Assembly (NCBI GenBank): GCA_013153145.1
Contig: JAADEY010000023.1
Coordinates: 1 to 22,453 of the forward strand
Length of the DNA stretch: 22,453 nt
From: Thermoproteota archaeon
GTDB lineage: Archaea > Thermoproteota > Thermoprotei_A > Sulfolobales > Pyrodictiaceae
Reading direction: 5' to 3'
Below, one piece after another: positions 21,968 to 22,453 of the stretch (position 1 is the stretch's first letter; the number at the start of each line of letters is the position of its first letter). Below the pieces are notes generated by a model that worked only from the letters and a program-made list of their open reading frames with translations, searched no databases and had not been told where the DNA came from. A program made the translations under genes and the position numbers.

Positions 21968-22453
21968 TCATCTCTTTCCGAGCCACTTGTCGAGCCCCAT
22001 TGTCTTCTTCTCCGGCTTCCTCCTCAACACCCTCTCGACGAACCTGTCCCTCACCGGCTCGTAGACCTCCTTGTAGAAGCGCTGTGGATCCGTGAGGACT
22101 GTCTTTGGGAACTTCTTGAGGTATTCTAGCGCGGCCTTCCATGCCTCCTTGAAGTCTATGCCTGCCTCCTCGAACCTCCTGGCGACGTAGCGGTCGAAGT
22201 CCTCTGGGCGCTGCTCAACGCCGCCCATCATGAACCAGCCGTTTGGGGATACCTGCGCCTTCTCCCCGCCGACGGTGACCCATCTTGCCTCGGTGCCCTC
22301 GGGGAGCCTCCTCCCTATGAGCCTTGACGGCCTCCTGGGCCTCCTGGCGGGGCCGTAGTACTTGGCCCATGCGTAGAATATTGCCCTGTTTAGTCCCCAG
22401 CTCTTAGCCTTCTCCACGTCCCCGTGGAGGAGGTAGTAGCGGGCAGCCTGAAG
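21968..22453 (-). CDS. Hypothetical protein, partial (the ORF stays open to the window end), with a C-terminal PIP-box-like peptide
   Basis: The track start at 22417 is a GTG, but the frame continues upstream without a stop ('LQAARYYLLHGDVEKAKSW...'). The C-terminus is 'KKTMGLDKWLGKR*'. I recognise no family. Confidence 0.6.
   Translation of the reverse strand, partial: LQAARYYLLHGDVEKAKSWGLNRAIFYAWAKYYGPARRPRRPSRLIGRRLPEGTEARWVTVGGEKAQVSPNGWFMMGGVEQRPEDFDRYVARRFEEAGIDFKEAWKAALEYLKKFPKTVLTDPQRFYKEVYEPVRDRFVERVLRRKPEKKTMGLDKWLGKR

Noticed and set aside
1-22453. Scan for CRISPR arrays, tRNA/rRNA genes, IS elements or integrases, and long tandem repeats
   Set aside because: Intergenic space is minimal (largest gaps are 177, 143, ~116, 105 and 100 nt). 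None of it shows tRNA-like cloverleaf arms, repeat-spacer periodicity or terminal inverted repeats, and no transposase- or integrase-like ORF is present.

Overview
GC-rich archaeal chromosome segment, almost entirely coding. AGG/ATA-biased codon usage, GTG/TTG starts and 4-nt gene overlaps, together with Sulfolobus-type gene orders, point to a hyperthermophilic crenarchaeon (Desulfurococcales/Pyrodictiaceae-like). That taxonomic guess is inference only. (1) 1-8020 is a CO-oxidation/H2-evolution island. A minus-strand V4R (CorQ-like) gene and a ModE/LysR-type wHTH (CorR-like, partial) gene are transcribed divergently from cooF-cooS-cooC-cooT-like. These are followed by a three-gene group-4 [NiFe]-hydrogenase module in hycE-hycF-hycG order: a fused NuoC/NuoD-type large subunit, a 2x[4Fe-4S] subunit and a NuoB-type small subunit. 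No NuoH/NuoL-like membrane-subunit gene lies anywhere between cooF and the next operon, and this is the most unusual thing in the window. (2) 8126-13527 is the conserved r-protein/RNAP cluster S13-S4-S11-RpoD-L18e-L13-S9-RpoN-S2-S28e-L24e-Ndk. (3) 13644-14305 is a vapBC-type toxin-antitoxin pair. (4) 14297-20871 is a complete minus-strand histidine operon, hisC-G-A-B-F-D-E-H-I. (5) The right end holds a small Cys4 protein, a membrane-anchored PEBP-family protein and a partial hypothetical gene ending in a PIP-box-like peptide. I saw no rRNA, tRNA, CRISPR array, IS element or integrase. Three genes (rps13, hisI, hisG) have conserved N-terminal sequence extending upstream of any canonical start codon. 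All calls come from reading the translations and motifs by eye. No searches were run, and several start codons are uncertain.
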